Positions 7,476 through 17,069 of a stretch of 20,076 nucleotides of DNA are shown one piece after another. Both the position numbers and the translations under genes were made by a program. The stretch is taken from the NCBI GenBank assembly GCA_049512075.1, contig JBEKXL010000032.1:1-20076 (forward strand), read 5' to 3'. Source of the stretch: Candidatus Bathyarchaeia archaeon (GTDB lineage: Archaea > Thermoproteota > Bathyarchaeia > Bathyarchaeales > Bathycorpusculaceae). Position 1 is the stretch's first letter. Each line of letters opens with the position of its first letter. The notes beneath the pieces were generated by a model that was not told where the DNA came from, ran no database searches, and was given only the letters and a program-made list of their open reading frames with translations.

Positions 7476-8570
7476 GCCTTGTCCCGAAATTATGTGTTGA
7501 AGTAGGTTGGTGATATTGCCTTGTCGGATCTTCCAGTGTTTTCGGCTGCTTCTCTGTTTAGAACCAGACACATGATGCTGTAGAGAGCGTAAGTAGCTAC
7601 GCTTTTGAGACCTCTAGCCTTGTTCATGATCAAGCCGTATTGAGTCTTCAAGAAGCTGTAGACAGCTTCTATCGTTGGTCTTTTGTGGTATTTCCTCTTC
7701 AGGTCTTCGGGTCCATAGATTCTGAATTTCTTATCCACTCTGAGCAGACCTTTAACGTTGCGCTTCTGGTTTGCAGGATACGGAATCACTGCTTCAACAG
7801 TTCTCCTGATTTTCTCGTCGTTGTATTGGCTGTCAGCTATTACGCGTTTGAGTTTGGCTCCTGCGTTGGAGAGGATTTGCCTTGTCTTCTCCAGCAGGGT
7901 CGGAGTGTGTCTCTTCTCGTTCTCGTTTGTTGGAGCCACAACGTTGGCCAGTGGGAGTCTGTTTTCAGAATCTATGGACAGGGGAAGCTTGTAGCCTAAG
8001 CCGAACGTTCTGCCTGCTCTTCCAACTCTTGCTTCTCCGTCAGAGAAGCCTGTTTGGCTGTCTTTGGGGTGGCGCGTGCTCCAAGCCTTTACGAAAGAAG
8101 CATCTAACACGGCGTCAACGTCTGAAGCGCTGCTTCTCTTCAAGAGCGCAACAACCTTATCCTCTATTATGCTTTCAAGCTTGTCTGCTCCTACCTTTCG
8201 GGCGAACCTGCTCAGAACAGACCGTGGATAACCCTTCTCGCCTTTCTTGAGCAGACAGATCTTTCTAAGCCTAACATCAACATCCAGCAACCTAGTCATC
8301 TCTCTTAGGCTGCGAACACCCTTCATGTGCATGACGATGAAAGCTCTGAAAAGCCCCACGGACTTCTAGGATGCCTACCCGGCCCAGCCGTGTGTAAGTA
8401 TCTGCATACTGCTTTCTCAGCAAAGCTTGAGTCGATGTTACAAAAGAGGGTTTCAAGGGTCTCGTGTTCATCTTGTCCAGCTAAAGGATTCACCTCCTAT
8501 GCTTGGGCGTAACACAAAATACGAGACTCCACTTCTCAAAATAAGGTTTCACTTAATTTAGGGACAAGCC
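7476..8570 (-). mobile_element. IS5/IS1182-like insertion sequence (1,095 bp)
   Basis: 21-bp imperfect TIRs: GCCTTGTCCCGAAATTATGTG (7476-7496) and GGCTTGTCCCTAAATTAAGTG (reverse complement of 8550-8570). 8-bp TSD AGCGCGCT at 7468-7475 and 8571-8578. Confidence 0.9.
7490..8471 (-). pseudogene. DDE_Tnp_1-clan transposase (DUF772-like N-terminus), frameshifted
   Basis: ATG 8471 frame MNTRPLKP...GPGRHPRSP shifts at ~8358 into GLFRAFIVM..SLRE..SVLSRF..DASF..GYKLP..ADSQY..RPTIE. GYKLP replaces the usual GYKLH. The stop codon lies inside the TIR. Confidence 0.85.
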
Positions 8571-8641
8571 AGCGCGCTTCGCAACACTTAAAGACTTAAA
8601 ATGAGCATTATCATCACAATGTGAAAGGAGGAAGACGCCCT

Positions 8642-8869
8642 ATGAGTTATGAGAGAAGACGTGATTATGGTGGGGGCTTTAAGCCCTGCCCAGTTGAGAT
8701 GGGCAAGGAATACGAAGTGGACATAACAGAGCCGAGCAGCCAAGGAGAGGGCATAGCCAGAATCCAAGGTTTCGTAATATTCGTTGCCAACGCAAAGCCT
8801 CGAGACCATTTGAAAATAAAGATCACGCGGATAGGCCGTAGAGCCGCAAACGCTGAAATAGCTAAATAA
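8642..8869 (+). CDS. Single TRAM-domain protein (archaeal RNA chaperone)
   Basis: PVEMGKEYEVDITE...GEGIARIQGFVIFV..AKP.D.LKIKITRI. The GGAGG RBS favours ATG 8642. Confidence 0.9.
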   Translation: MSYERRRDYGGGFKPCPVEMGKEYEVDITEPSSQGEGIARIQGFVIFVANAKPRDHLKIKITRIGRRAANAEIAK

Positions 8870-9073
8870 ACCTTTTTGTTTTTTCCACATCGACCTGCAT
8901 AATCTTTATTCCCCTAGAAAGCGGATAGTCTTCCGAAATATTTTTCAATTTAATGTTATTTTCTGGCCATTCGAAAAGAAGCTCCCACCACTTTTCTACA
9001 TGAGATCCGCAGTCACGCAGATATCTGCGTGCACCTGAAAGTTCATATCTAGAGCATAGCAAAAAATAGCGTT

Positions 9074-9446
9074 CTATTTGCACTTTCTTTCATCATTCAT
9101 CTTTTTCAAGAGTTTGTCAAGGATTTTTCCTTTCATTCTCAATTCTTGTTCTGAAATCGTCTGTCCCATTGGTCATAATTCATCAACCACGGCACCCTCA
9201 TTTACTAGTAACACAACAGGATAAAAGATAGCATCCCACGGGTCCTTTTTCATAGACTCAGCATTTCCTATCAGCGAGACTGTAGAAGTGGCACTATCCC
9301 TCAACGTTTCTGAGCCGAGTCACACCATCATCCATAACTGCAAATTCTTCTAGACGATGACCCGCTTCCACTAGTCTTTTGATGCCCTCACTTGAAAGCT
9401 CCATCTCCGTTTTTTCACAGCACTTTCCACAATTTGAACAACGCAC
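9074..9446 (-). pseudogene. YkgJ-family (CxxCxxCC) cysteine-cluster protein, inactivated
   Basis: CSNCGKCC...RLRNVEG*CHFY..RKC*VYEKGPVGCYL|YPVV...VDEL*PMG. Stops at 9294, 9258 and 9173, plus a frameshift in the run at 9223-9226. Confidence 0.8.
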
Positions 9447-9502
9447 GAAAGGCGGACTCCCTTTACATGCCATAACAAAAGACAGCCGAGCTACAGTTGT
9501 TT

Positions 9503-9529
9503 TGGTAGCCCGGCAGAGATTCGAACTCT
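9503..9529 (-). other. Orphan tRNA 3' fragment (T-arm + acceptor + CCA; tRNA-Gln-like), possible att scar
   Basis: AGAG-TTCGAAT-CTCT-G-CCGGGCT-A-CCA, with no complementary AGCCCGG 5' strand upstream on that strand. Confidence 0.6.
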
Positions 9530-9619
9530 CGCCAAGTATGCTGTGGCCATGTTTTGCTGGTAAATACTCGCTACAGTAGATTGCGGGTGCTTGCACCCAA
9601 ATGGGTTCAAGCCCTGTGA

Positions 9620-9694
9620 TGGGGCTGCCCGGATTTGAACCGGGGTCTAGAGAGCCCAAGTCTCCAAGCCTAGACCAAACTAGCCGACAGCCCC
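9620..9694 (-). tRNA. tRNA-Pro(TGG)
   Basis: Acceptor GGGGCTG/CAGCCCC, anticodon arm GGAGA-CTTGGGC-TCTCT, T-arm CCCGG-TTCAAAT-CCGGG. Confidence 0.95.
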
Positions 9695-9966
9695 TTCAAC
9701 TGGGTCTGGAGTCCCTATCGATGATAATGCATCAGTCATAAAAACCTTAACCAGGCCTAGGATGCACACGTAAAGCAAATCGAAAAGCTATTTGACACAG
9801 ACTTACTGAACTGGTAGACTGGCTAAAAAGCACGCTCTCCATAAGCTCGCAAGCAGGGATAAGACCGTTTACAATCTGGATATTAGGAGTAGCCATGCGA
9901 GCAAACTGTTGCGTGGCGTGTGCTAGATTTCGCTTTCACCGATTACCGTGTTGTCTATGACCTTAA

Positions 9967-10296
9967 TCATCTAGTAGCCAAAATTTGATTGAAGTCTTCA
10001 CTTTTTGGGTTAAGGTCGGTGGCAACCAAATGCCAATGATCGTTTATCGTAGCAAACGTGGTGTCCATAATCACAAATTTGGGGGTGTAACTGAAAACTT
10101 CTTTTCCAATGTTGGTAAGTATGTCCAAGGCATGCTCATATGCCCTCTGAGGCACTGTGTGCTCATGTCTTTTGAAAATTATCATTATACGTTCTCTGTG
10201 TTCCTTCTCAGTCTTGGTTCTTAGGACGATAAACGACCTGTCTTCGTAATACTTTTTCTCCTTTTCCAGATCCAGATCACACAAAGGGCAACTCAA
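9967..10296 (-). CDS. HIT-like protein (possibly frameshifted near the C-terminus)
   Basis: TTG start MSCPLCDL...YYED..FIVL...HWHLV: N-terminal CxxC and a degenerate histidine triad. A one-base restoration at ~9968 would extend it to 9923. Confidence 0.55.
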   Translation of the reverse strand: MSCPLCDLDLEKEKKYYEDRSFIVLRTKTEKEHRERIMIIFKRHEHTVPQRAYEHALDILTNIGKEVFSYTPKFVIMDTTFATINDHWHLVATDLNPKSEDFNQILATR

Positions 10297-10654
10297 GCCT
10301 CTCAACCCCGGTCCTCTGCTGTTTCCTATCTTTCTTATTTGTAGTTCACATAATATAATCTTCTCCCAAAGTCTTTTTTCTCGAGTCGACCGATGGACGC
10401 AGAAGACAACCTGAACGCTCCGTCGCCACAAGTTCGGAAACATACGATTGGAAAATCCTAGCTCAGCAGCAGACTCTAGAAAATTGAGCAGTCAGGTGAA
10501 TTTCGGTTTGTGCACTTTGTAGCAACATGAGAAATCGGATGAGCGCTCTCTGCTCCGCTTTGTCGAATCACCTGAGATTCATGATCCCAGAATGGTGCGC
10601 ATCAGTATGACCTGATTCGGTGAAGGCAGTCGCCGTTTTTGTCTGCTGTTCGTT

Positions 10655-11008
10655 TTACTGCCTGGTAGCCCATTGCTTCTTTATTCCGCACTGCAGAATT
10701 TTTGGACACACCAGACAGTCGTCAGGGATAGCCATGTCGTATGACATCGCATTCAGGAAGCTAGTGTAGTGCGCACACTTTGCGGGTGAATCAAAGACCT
10801 TGCCGTACTCGATTGCTTTGATACCGACGACCTTCAAATTTTCAGTCTTGATGTCTATCTTCGACATGCAGTGAGGACAGGCATAAAACGTCTGTCTAGG
10901 CATCGTGGAAGAATCTGTCAGAATCGTCGGTCTTTCGAACTCCTTCCCACACCCACTGTAAGGGCACTTCAGTCTCTCAGTGTGGTGGTGAATATGGAAA
11001 GGTGACAC
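10655..11008 (-). CDS. Cys-rich Zn-binding hypothetical protein
   Basis: CPYSGC...CPHC...CAH...CLVCPKILQC; GGAGG RBS upstream. Confidence 0.7.
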   Translation of the reverse strand: MSPFHIHHHTERLKCPYSGCGKEFERPTILTDSSTMPRQTFYACPHCMSKIDIKTENLKVVGIKAIEYGKVFDSPAKCAHYTSFLNAMSYDMAIPDDCLVCPKILQCGIKKQWATRQ

Positions 11009-11197
11009 GGCTAACCCTCCTATACTGTTCTCTTATAAACATCTCTAATCGTAATATTTAATAAATATTGCTGTCTACATGCACAACAAGAATACAAAAG
11101 GCTCCAACTTGAGAATAGGCAGGTACAATTCGCGAAGTTTCAATTCATTATCAAATAGAAAAACCCAGAGGAGCGACCGATGGATTGCTCTGGGATG

Positions 11198-13505
11198 TCA
11201 GTCGCTTTGATAGTTTTCCTTTCCCTTTTCGTTTGTCTTGGGTATTGTAATAGTGAACTGAGCTCCTCTGCCCGGTTCACTAGTTTCTTGTATTGTCCAG
11301 CCGTAGACTTCCATCATCTTTTTGATCAAGTAGAGTCCGTATCCGGTGCCTTTTCCGTACCCTTCTTTGAAAAGGTTCGGCTTTTCGGCTCAGGGTATGC
11401 CGATACCGTCATCTTGGTAGAATAATTTCAGCTGTTTATCAATAGACTTTTCACAGTACACTCGGATCTGGGTGATTTTTTCACCGTATTTCAACGAGTT
11501 GTCTATCATGTTGTAGAAGAGCCGTTCTAAGAGCGAATCTGCCAAGACCTTTAGCCCTTGGCACTCATTCGATACTTTCACACCTTTTAAGTCAGAGAAT
11601 AGCGAGACCACTTTTTCAAAGGTTTCGCCCAAGTCAACATTCTTGAGTTCCTCATCGCCGAGCATCTCGTAGCTATGCGCAAAATCAAATATCTTTAGAA
11701 TTTGCTGACAAGCAAAATCAATGTCGTGAAGATATTCCCAAACCACCGGATTATCAGGCAGCCTTCTCTTGGCTAAGAAAATGCTCCCTGTGACTATGGA
11801 AAGCTTGTTTCGTACATCATGCCTAGTTAGGCTGCCAACTACGCGCAGTTTTTAGATCATTGTCGCCAGTTTTTGCATCATCTCCTTCATGGCTGCTTCT
11901 GTTCTCTTCAATTCAGAAATGTCCTTGTACATAGCCATGTGACCTACAAGTCTTCCTTCGACGATGATTGGAGCAGCCGAGACCGACACGGGGATGAGTG
12001 AGCCGTCTTTCCTCTTCCTGGCAGTGTCAAAATACACGTAGCCCCTTGCTGCGCTCTGGTCCAGTGTATGTCCTTCTTCTGTTCTCTCAGGTGGCACTAC
12101 AACGTCGTTGATGTCTTTGCCTTTGATTTCTTCGAGTGGATAACCGAAAAGCTCGAAGAAGCGTGGGTTCATGTCTAGTATGTGGAAGTCTTGAGACAAG
12201 TAGACGGTCGCTTCAGGGTTTCCAATAAATAATCCTTCGAACTTCTGTTTGTTCTCCCTGATTTCTTTCTCAGCCTTCTTGTCTTCAGTAACGTCTCGAA
12301 AACTCCACACTCTTCCGGCAGCTGCCCTTCCTATCCTCTGAGGACGAGAATACCGCTCGAAGACTCTTCCGTCTTTGAATTCTAGCAAGTCGTAGCTCTC
12401 TGCGTCGGGCTGATCGTAGAGTTCTCTGACTTTTGCCAGAAACTTCTCAGTCTCTTTCAGCTGGTCTAGAACATATGCCAGCGCCTGATCATCGTCTCGT
12501 GTGGCCATAATTTCGTCTGGAATACGCCACATTTCAGCGAACTTTCGATTGAAAATCGCTATCTTTCCATCTTTATTTACTACTAGGATGCCGTCGGCAG
12601 TAGATTCAAGCGTGGCACTGAGCAGAGAAAGAGTGTTCTTCGCTTCCTCCTCCGCACGTTTCAGGGCCTCCCATGCCTGTTTCTGCCCAGTAACGTCACG
12701 TGTGACAATCGTTAGAAAAGTCTCGCCTTTCATTTTCCACGTTGAAAGAGAGGCTTCTAAGGGGGAACTCTTTGCCGTCTCTTTTCAATCCAACCATTTC
12801 GAAAGTCTTTTCGAAAGGAGGCGGCGGCGATGAAAGCCATCCACCCAATTTTCTTTGGTGATTGTCCCTGAACCGTTCAGGCATAATCAACGTTACTGGC
12901 TTACCAATCATTTCGTTGGCTGAATAGCCGAAAATGGTTTCAGCCACTCTGTTCCAGAAGACTATCCTTCCTTGAGTATCAATGGAGATAGTTGCATCAC
13001 CAGCAGACTCGCTTATGGCTCGAAACTTCTCTTCGCTGTCCCGCAAGGCTTCTTCTGCTTCTCTAATCTTAGCTGGTTTCGTTATACTATGAGCTAGCTC
13101 GCAGTAGACTATTTCAGGGTCACCCGTCTTGCTCAGATACTGATCTGCCCCCAGATTCAACGCTTCTTTTGCGACTTCTTCTCTGCCTTTTCCGGTGAAG
13201 ATAATGAACGGTATGTTTTCGCCCTTTTCTCTGAGTTCTTTCAGAAAAGTTAAGCCATCCTTATCAGGCATGAAGTAGTCAGAAACTATCACATCAAATT
13301 TCTCTTCCTTCATCTTCTGAAAGGCTTCTTGGACGGATAATGCGGTTTCAACCTGAAATGATCCTTCCGTCTGTAACGCGCGCTTTGCTAGCTTCAAGAG
13401 GCTAGCGTCGTCATCCACGTGTAGAACCCTAATTGGCTTCGCTCTTTGATCTAGGCCGATCACGGCTTCTGTTTGCGGCTCAACCGTGGATCTGATCACA
13501 CGCAC
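11198..13505 (-). pseudogene. Hybrid sensor kinase (REC-PAS-PAS-PAS-HisKA-HATPase), disrupted
   Basis: REC domain (VDDD, SDY.MP), three PAS domains, H-box TRHDVRNKL, N-box NMIDNS, G-boxes DDGIGI and GTGYGL. Lesions: frameshift in the G5 run at 12761-12765, in-frame TAA at 11852, in-frame TGA at 11390. Confidence 0.88.
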
Positions 13506-13586
13506 GCACTAGGACACAAGACGGTAAAACTTGACAGATTGACCAATTAACGTCTTATGAAAACACAATTAGTATTTCAAAAATGT

Positions 13587-13955
13587 TCAGCAATACTTAG
13601 ACAGCGCTTCCAATATCCGCTCAGACATGATAGGCTTCGCGATGAAATCCTTTGCCCCTAATCTCAAGGCTTCCTCTATCAGCACCTGTTGCTCAAGAGC
13701 GCTACAGATAACAACGTTTGCTGAGGGATCCTCTTCTAGAATTTGCTTCAAGGCCTCCATCCCGTTGAGAGCGCTTTTTCCGGCCGGCATCACTATATCC
13801 AAGAGCACCAAATCAGGCTTAACCTTCCTGTACAAGTCGATTGCTTCATCTCCTGCCGTTGCTTCAGCAACCAGTTCATGCTTGGTTTCCTTAACTATCT
13901 TCTTCAACAGTTCTCTCGTGTAAAGAGCATCATCGCTAATCTGAATCCTGCCCAT
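13587..13955 (-). CDS. CheY-like single-domain response regulator
   Basis: SDD, LLDIVMP phosphoacceptor, CSA and FIAKP motifs. Confidence 0.9.
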   Translation of the reverse strand: MGRIQISDDALYTRELLKKIVKETKHELVAEATAGDEAIDLYRKVKPDLVLLDIVMPAGKSALNGMEALKQILEEDPSANVVICSALEQQVLIEEALRLGAKDFIAKPIMSERILEALSKYC

Positions 13956-14062
13956 GCATTTCGCTCAGCGTTCGCTCAACTTGCCCTTAACCAAGATTTG
14001 ATTCCTACAACGGATAATAAGGTTGTGAATTAGACACTGTTCAAATGGGCAGTAACTTGAAA

Positions 14063-14136
14063 AGCCTCGGCCGGGCTTTGAACCCGGGGCCTGCTGCTTA
14101 CGAGGCAGCCGCTCTACCGAGCTGAGCTACCGAGGC
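14063..14136 (-). tRNA. tRNA-Thr(CGT)
   Basis: Acceptor GCCTCGG/CCGAGGC, D-stem GCTC/GAGC, anticodon arm GCTGC-CTCGTAA-GCAGC, T-arm CCGGG-TTCAAAG-CCCGG. Confidence 0.95.
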
Positions 14137-14394
14137 GCCTGCCGCTCACTAGTGAAGGGTACGCATGTTTTTAAGATGTTCGGAAACAACAAATCCTCAT
14201 GAGCCATCAAAGAAATGATACGGGATAACCATTCTTGCCCAAGCTTTCGAATTTTCGAACGGGGCGAGTATGAGCAATATTTTTACCTCTAGATACTATA
14301 CTAATAGCATCTCGTGCAACTGGGATACCATTGCGACTCGATTTGGAAGATAGCTTAGAGATGATGGCAAAACGAGTGACTTGGGAGGGCTTCA

Positions 14395-15384
14395 TTGAAG
14401 AGAACCGAGAAATTGGGCGAAAGGAAGATAATACAAATAATTCAAAGCCATCTAGACTTAATGCCAAAAATGCCCGTACCCTTCGGCGATGACGTTTCAG
14501 CATGCGACATTGGGAACGGTAACCTCGCGATTCTGAAGACCGATATGTTGGTATCCAAGACGGATGTTCCGCCCGGCATGACACTGTGGCAGGCCGCCAG
14601 GAAAGCGGTTGTCATGAACATCAGCGATTTTGCAGCAAAAGGCGTCAAGCCGAAGGCGATGCTCGTTTCTCTTGGACTGCCGAAAGGGATGGGAGAAAAG
14701 GCTGTTGAGGAGCTTGCTGGAGGATTGAACGCCGGGGCACGCGAATACGGTGCATATGTTATCGGCGGTGATACTGGAGAGGCTTCAGACCTTGTTATCA
14801 GTCTTTCACTCTTTGGAACAGCGACAAAAAGTGAAGTGATACTGAGAAGTGGCGCAAGACCGGGAGACTTTCTGGCGGTTACGGGTTTTTTCGGCAAGAC
14901 TTCCGCTGGCCTCAAGATCCTGCTCCACAACCTTGACGTTCCGAAGAAGCTGCGCAAGGTTCTCGTTGAGTCAGTTTTGCTGCCGCGTGCACGATTGAAA
15001 GAAGGCTTGGCGCTCAGGCGGGCAGGGGCTGTTTCCGCAGCGATTGACTCAAGCGATGGTTTGGCCTGGAGCTTACACGAGGTTGCAAGGGCCAGCAACG
15101 TCGGTTTTACGGTTGACAAGTTGCCCATAGCCCGCGAAGCTGAAAGGTTTGCCGAGGACAACAACATCGACCCAGTAGAGTTAGCTCTTTACGGTGGGGA
15201 AGAGTACGAGATTATTCTAACCGTGAAGCCAAGCCTTTGGAGTGCAGCGGAAAAAGCAGTGAGGCGAGCGAGAGGAAGGCTTTTGCAAATAGGGACAGTG
15301 ACAGCCAAAAAAAGTGTTCTGTTCAAGACGAATGGCAAGAAACGTATAATAAGGCCGAGAGGATACGAACATTTCGAAACGTAG
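14395..15384 (+). CDS. thiL: Thiamine-monophosphate kinase
   Basis: GDD, KTDML, NISDFAAKG, IGGDT, DSSDGL, GGEEYE and C-terminal GYEHF motifs; GGGAGG RBS. Confidence 0.95.
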   Translation: MKRTEKLGERKIIQIIQSHLDLMPKMPVPFGDDVSACDIGNGNLAILKTDMLVSKTDVPPGMTLWQAARKAVVMNISDFAAKGVKPKAMLVSLGLPKGMGEKAVEELAGGLNAGAREYGAYVIGGDTGEASDLVISLSLFGTATKSEVILRSGARPGDFLAVTGFFGKTSAGLKILLHNLDVPKKLRKVLVESVLLPRARLKEGLALRRAGAVSAAIDSSDGLAWSLHEVARASNVGFTVDKLPIAREAERFAEDNNIDPVELALYGGEEYEIILTVKPSLWSAAEKAVRRARGRLLQIGTVTAKKSVLFKTNGKKRIIRPRGYEHFET

Positions 15385-15396
15385 TTTTGGTGGATT

Positions 15397-15594
15397 TTAT
15401 CGCTTTAGAGTTTCTTCGAACTTTAGACACGTTAGTGCGGCTATCCCCCTGCCTATGGTTGAGATCAAATAGACGACTTGCGGTCCTGCAACCAAGCTGA
15501 ACAGAGTTGTCATAGAATCCGATATTTGCCATCCAATGAGTGAACCAAGAAGAGTCACGATGCCTACGATTTGTTGAATACGCGCACGCTTCAC
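15397..15594 (-). CDS. Possible small membrane protein
   Basis: Two hydrophobic stretches; no recognisable family. Confidence 0.3.
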   Translation of the reverse strand: MKRARIQQIVGIVTLLGSLIGWQISDSMTTLFSLVAGPQVVYLISTIGRGIAALTCLKFEETLKR

Positions 15595-15690
15595 GTTGAG
15601 TTTTGGAGTTTTCCAGAGAAAATTTATATTTGGGGGAGATTGCTTTTATTTCGCTCTCACTTCTCAAATCAGATTCTTGGGCGATAACCT

Positions 15691-15999
15691 TTAGCGGGAT
15701 CGTTTCCTTGTTCCGCCGAGTTTTCTCTTGTTCTTCTTTGCCACTATCACCGTGTGCGATTGTTCCTTTTGCCGGATTTGAGCGTTTGGAAAGACTCCCT
15801 CGATTTCTCTTCGCAACCGCGCAAGGTCAACCTGTCCATAAGTCTTAATGTCAACCAAGGGCCTTTCATTCTCATCATAACTGACTGCCAATGTGTACCC
15901 TGAACCGAGCTCAATCTGTGTCGGTTCTAGAAGAATGCCTGCATCTTCGTCTAACTCGGCGATGTCTTCAGATCCACGTTTGTGTTTGCGTTCAGCCAT
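15691..15999 (-). CDS. Hypothetical protein (102 aa)
   Basis: AGGAG RBS, protein-like composition, basic C-terminal tail. Confidence 0.65.
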   Translation of the reverse strand: MAERKHKRGSEDIAELDEDAGILLEPTQIELGSGYTLAVSYDENERPLVDIKTYGQVDLARLRREIEGVFPNAQIRQKEQSHTVIVAKKNKRKLGGTRKRSR

Positions 16000-16151
16000 A
16001 CCTTGATTACTCCTTTCTAAAACGACGAGAACACGGGATTAAAGGCTTGCTAAGCTTGAATAAGGATTGAAAGTCCAAGAAGCACCGCGCACTGCGTTTG
16101 TCTGGAGACCTAACCTTCAACGTTAGAAACGAAAGCCAATCAAATGTCTAT

Positions 16152-16718
16152 TCAACGACCCGCCTTGTTGTCCATTAAATAGTTCAGAATTGTTATGCAC
16201 GAAGCTGCCAGGTAAGGCTGTTTTCCAAGACTGATCTTTTCAGCGTAGCGCAGGGCAAAGTTTTCGACGGTCTTCGGCAGACCAATATGGTCGCCAAGAA
16301 CGAACACAGCGTTTTCACCTAATTCAATCTCAGAGATGTTTCTCCCCTTTTCTTCAAGAACGTAAATAGCCGTTCGAGAAGCTTTAGCCTTGATTTTCAG
16401 CAGGGCTTCGAAGCTCGTTTTGTCCGCTGTTATGCCCGGATGAGTCTGGCCTCCCAAAACCTTTCTCAAGATTCTCTCCCACGTTTGCTGATCCGTGCGG
16501 ACATCATGAAGTGTTGCCCCTTCTATTCTTAGACGCAGCGGCGGTGTTGGCGGGCCGCTCAATAGAGCATTGAAAACGACGTTTTTTCGGATGGCGTGAG
16601 AGAGAAACAGGCTTGCAACCACACACTCGTACACTATGTCCAATCTGCCCGCGTCGTGCAGGTTTGCAAAGCTCGAATCGGTTCTTCCTAAACGTGAATA
16701 GAGAACAAACTCCCGCAT
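16152..16718 (-). CDS. trmY: tRNA (pseudouridine54-N1)-methyltransferase (SPOUT)
   Basis: MREF...GRLDI..C..ASLFLSHAIR...FVLGDHIG...ISLG...YLAASCITILNY. Confidence 0.88.
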   Translation of the reverse strand: MREFVLYSRLGRTDSSFANLHDAGRLDIVYECVVASLFLSHAIRKNVVFNALLSGPPTPPLRLRIEGATLHDVRTDQQTWERILRKVLGGQTHPGITADKTSFEALLKIKAKASRTAIYVLEEKGRNISEIELGENAVFVLGDHIGLPKTVENFALRYAEKISLGKQPYLAASCITILNYLMDNKAGR

Positions 16719-16996
16719 CACAGGTCACAACCCGGATTCTTCCATTAACTCCCCAGCGCCCAGTGCCGTCTAAGTCGCGACGTACTCTATTCTCCTTCCT
16801 ATTTATGCCGCGCGTGCTAATAACAACTCCCCTCCCAAATCTCCCCCAACTAGAATTTCTAGCGCGCATCTTCAACCGTTTGAGCCTCGAAAAAATTGCG
16901 GATCAAGCAGTCAAAAGCAAGGGTTTGGTTCTCAGCATGAGCCACGGAAGCCAACGTCTGGCAGCATTGCACGAAGCAAACATAGCTCTCGAGAAG

Positions 16997-17069
16997 AGCC
17001 TCGGGCGGGAATTGAACCCGCGACCTACAGCTTACAAGGCTGTTGCTCTACCGACTGAGCTATCGAGGC
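16997..17069 (-). tRNA. tRNA-Thr(TGT)
   Basis: Acceptor GCCTCGA/CCGAGGC (A7:C66 mismatch), anticodon arm ACAGC-CTTGTAA-GCTGT, T-arm GCGGG-TTCAATT-CCCGC. Confidence 0.93.

Noticed and set aside
8862-9083. 73-aa ORF on - strand
   Set aside because: No recognisable motif and it overlaps neighbouring gene ends; it cannot be supported.
9294-9659. 121-aa ORF from the track
   Set aside because: Its N-terminal half runs through tRNA-Pro and the tRNA fragment. Only the part from 9446 is YkgJ-like.
9074-13505. Stop-codon recoding (Sec/Pyl/alternative code) to explain in-frame stops
   Set aside because: All three stop types occur together with frameshifts, and intact genes end in TAA, TAG and TGA normally.
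14442-15167. 241-aa antisense ORF (and similar antisense ORFs over cdc48, alba, tbp, CheY and the transposases)
   Set aside because: They fully overlap well-supported genes on the opposite strand.
16997-17069. tRNA-Thr(TGT) as a pseudogene because of the A7:C66 mismatch (and G60 in tRNA-Thr(CGT))
   Set aside because: Single deviations in otherwise complete cloverleaves.
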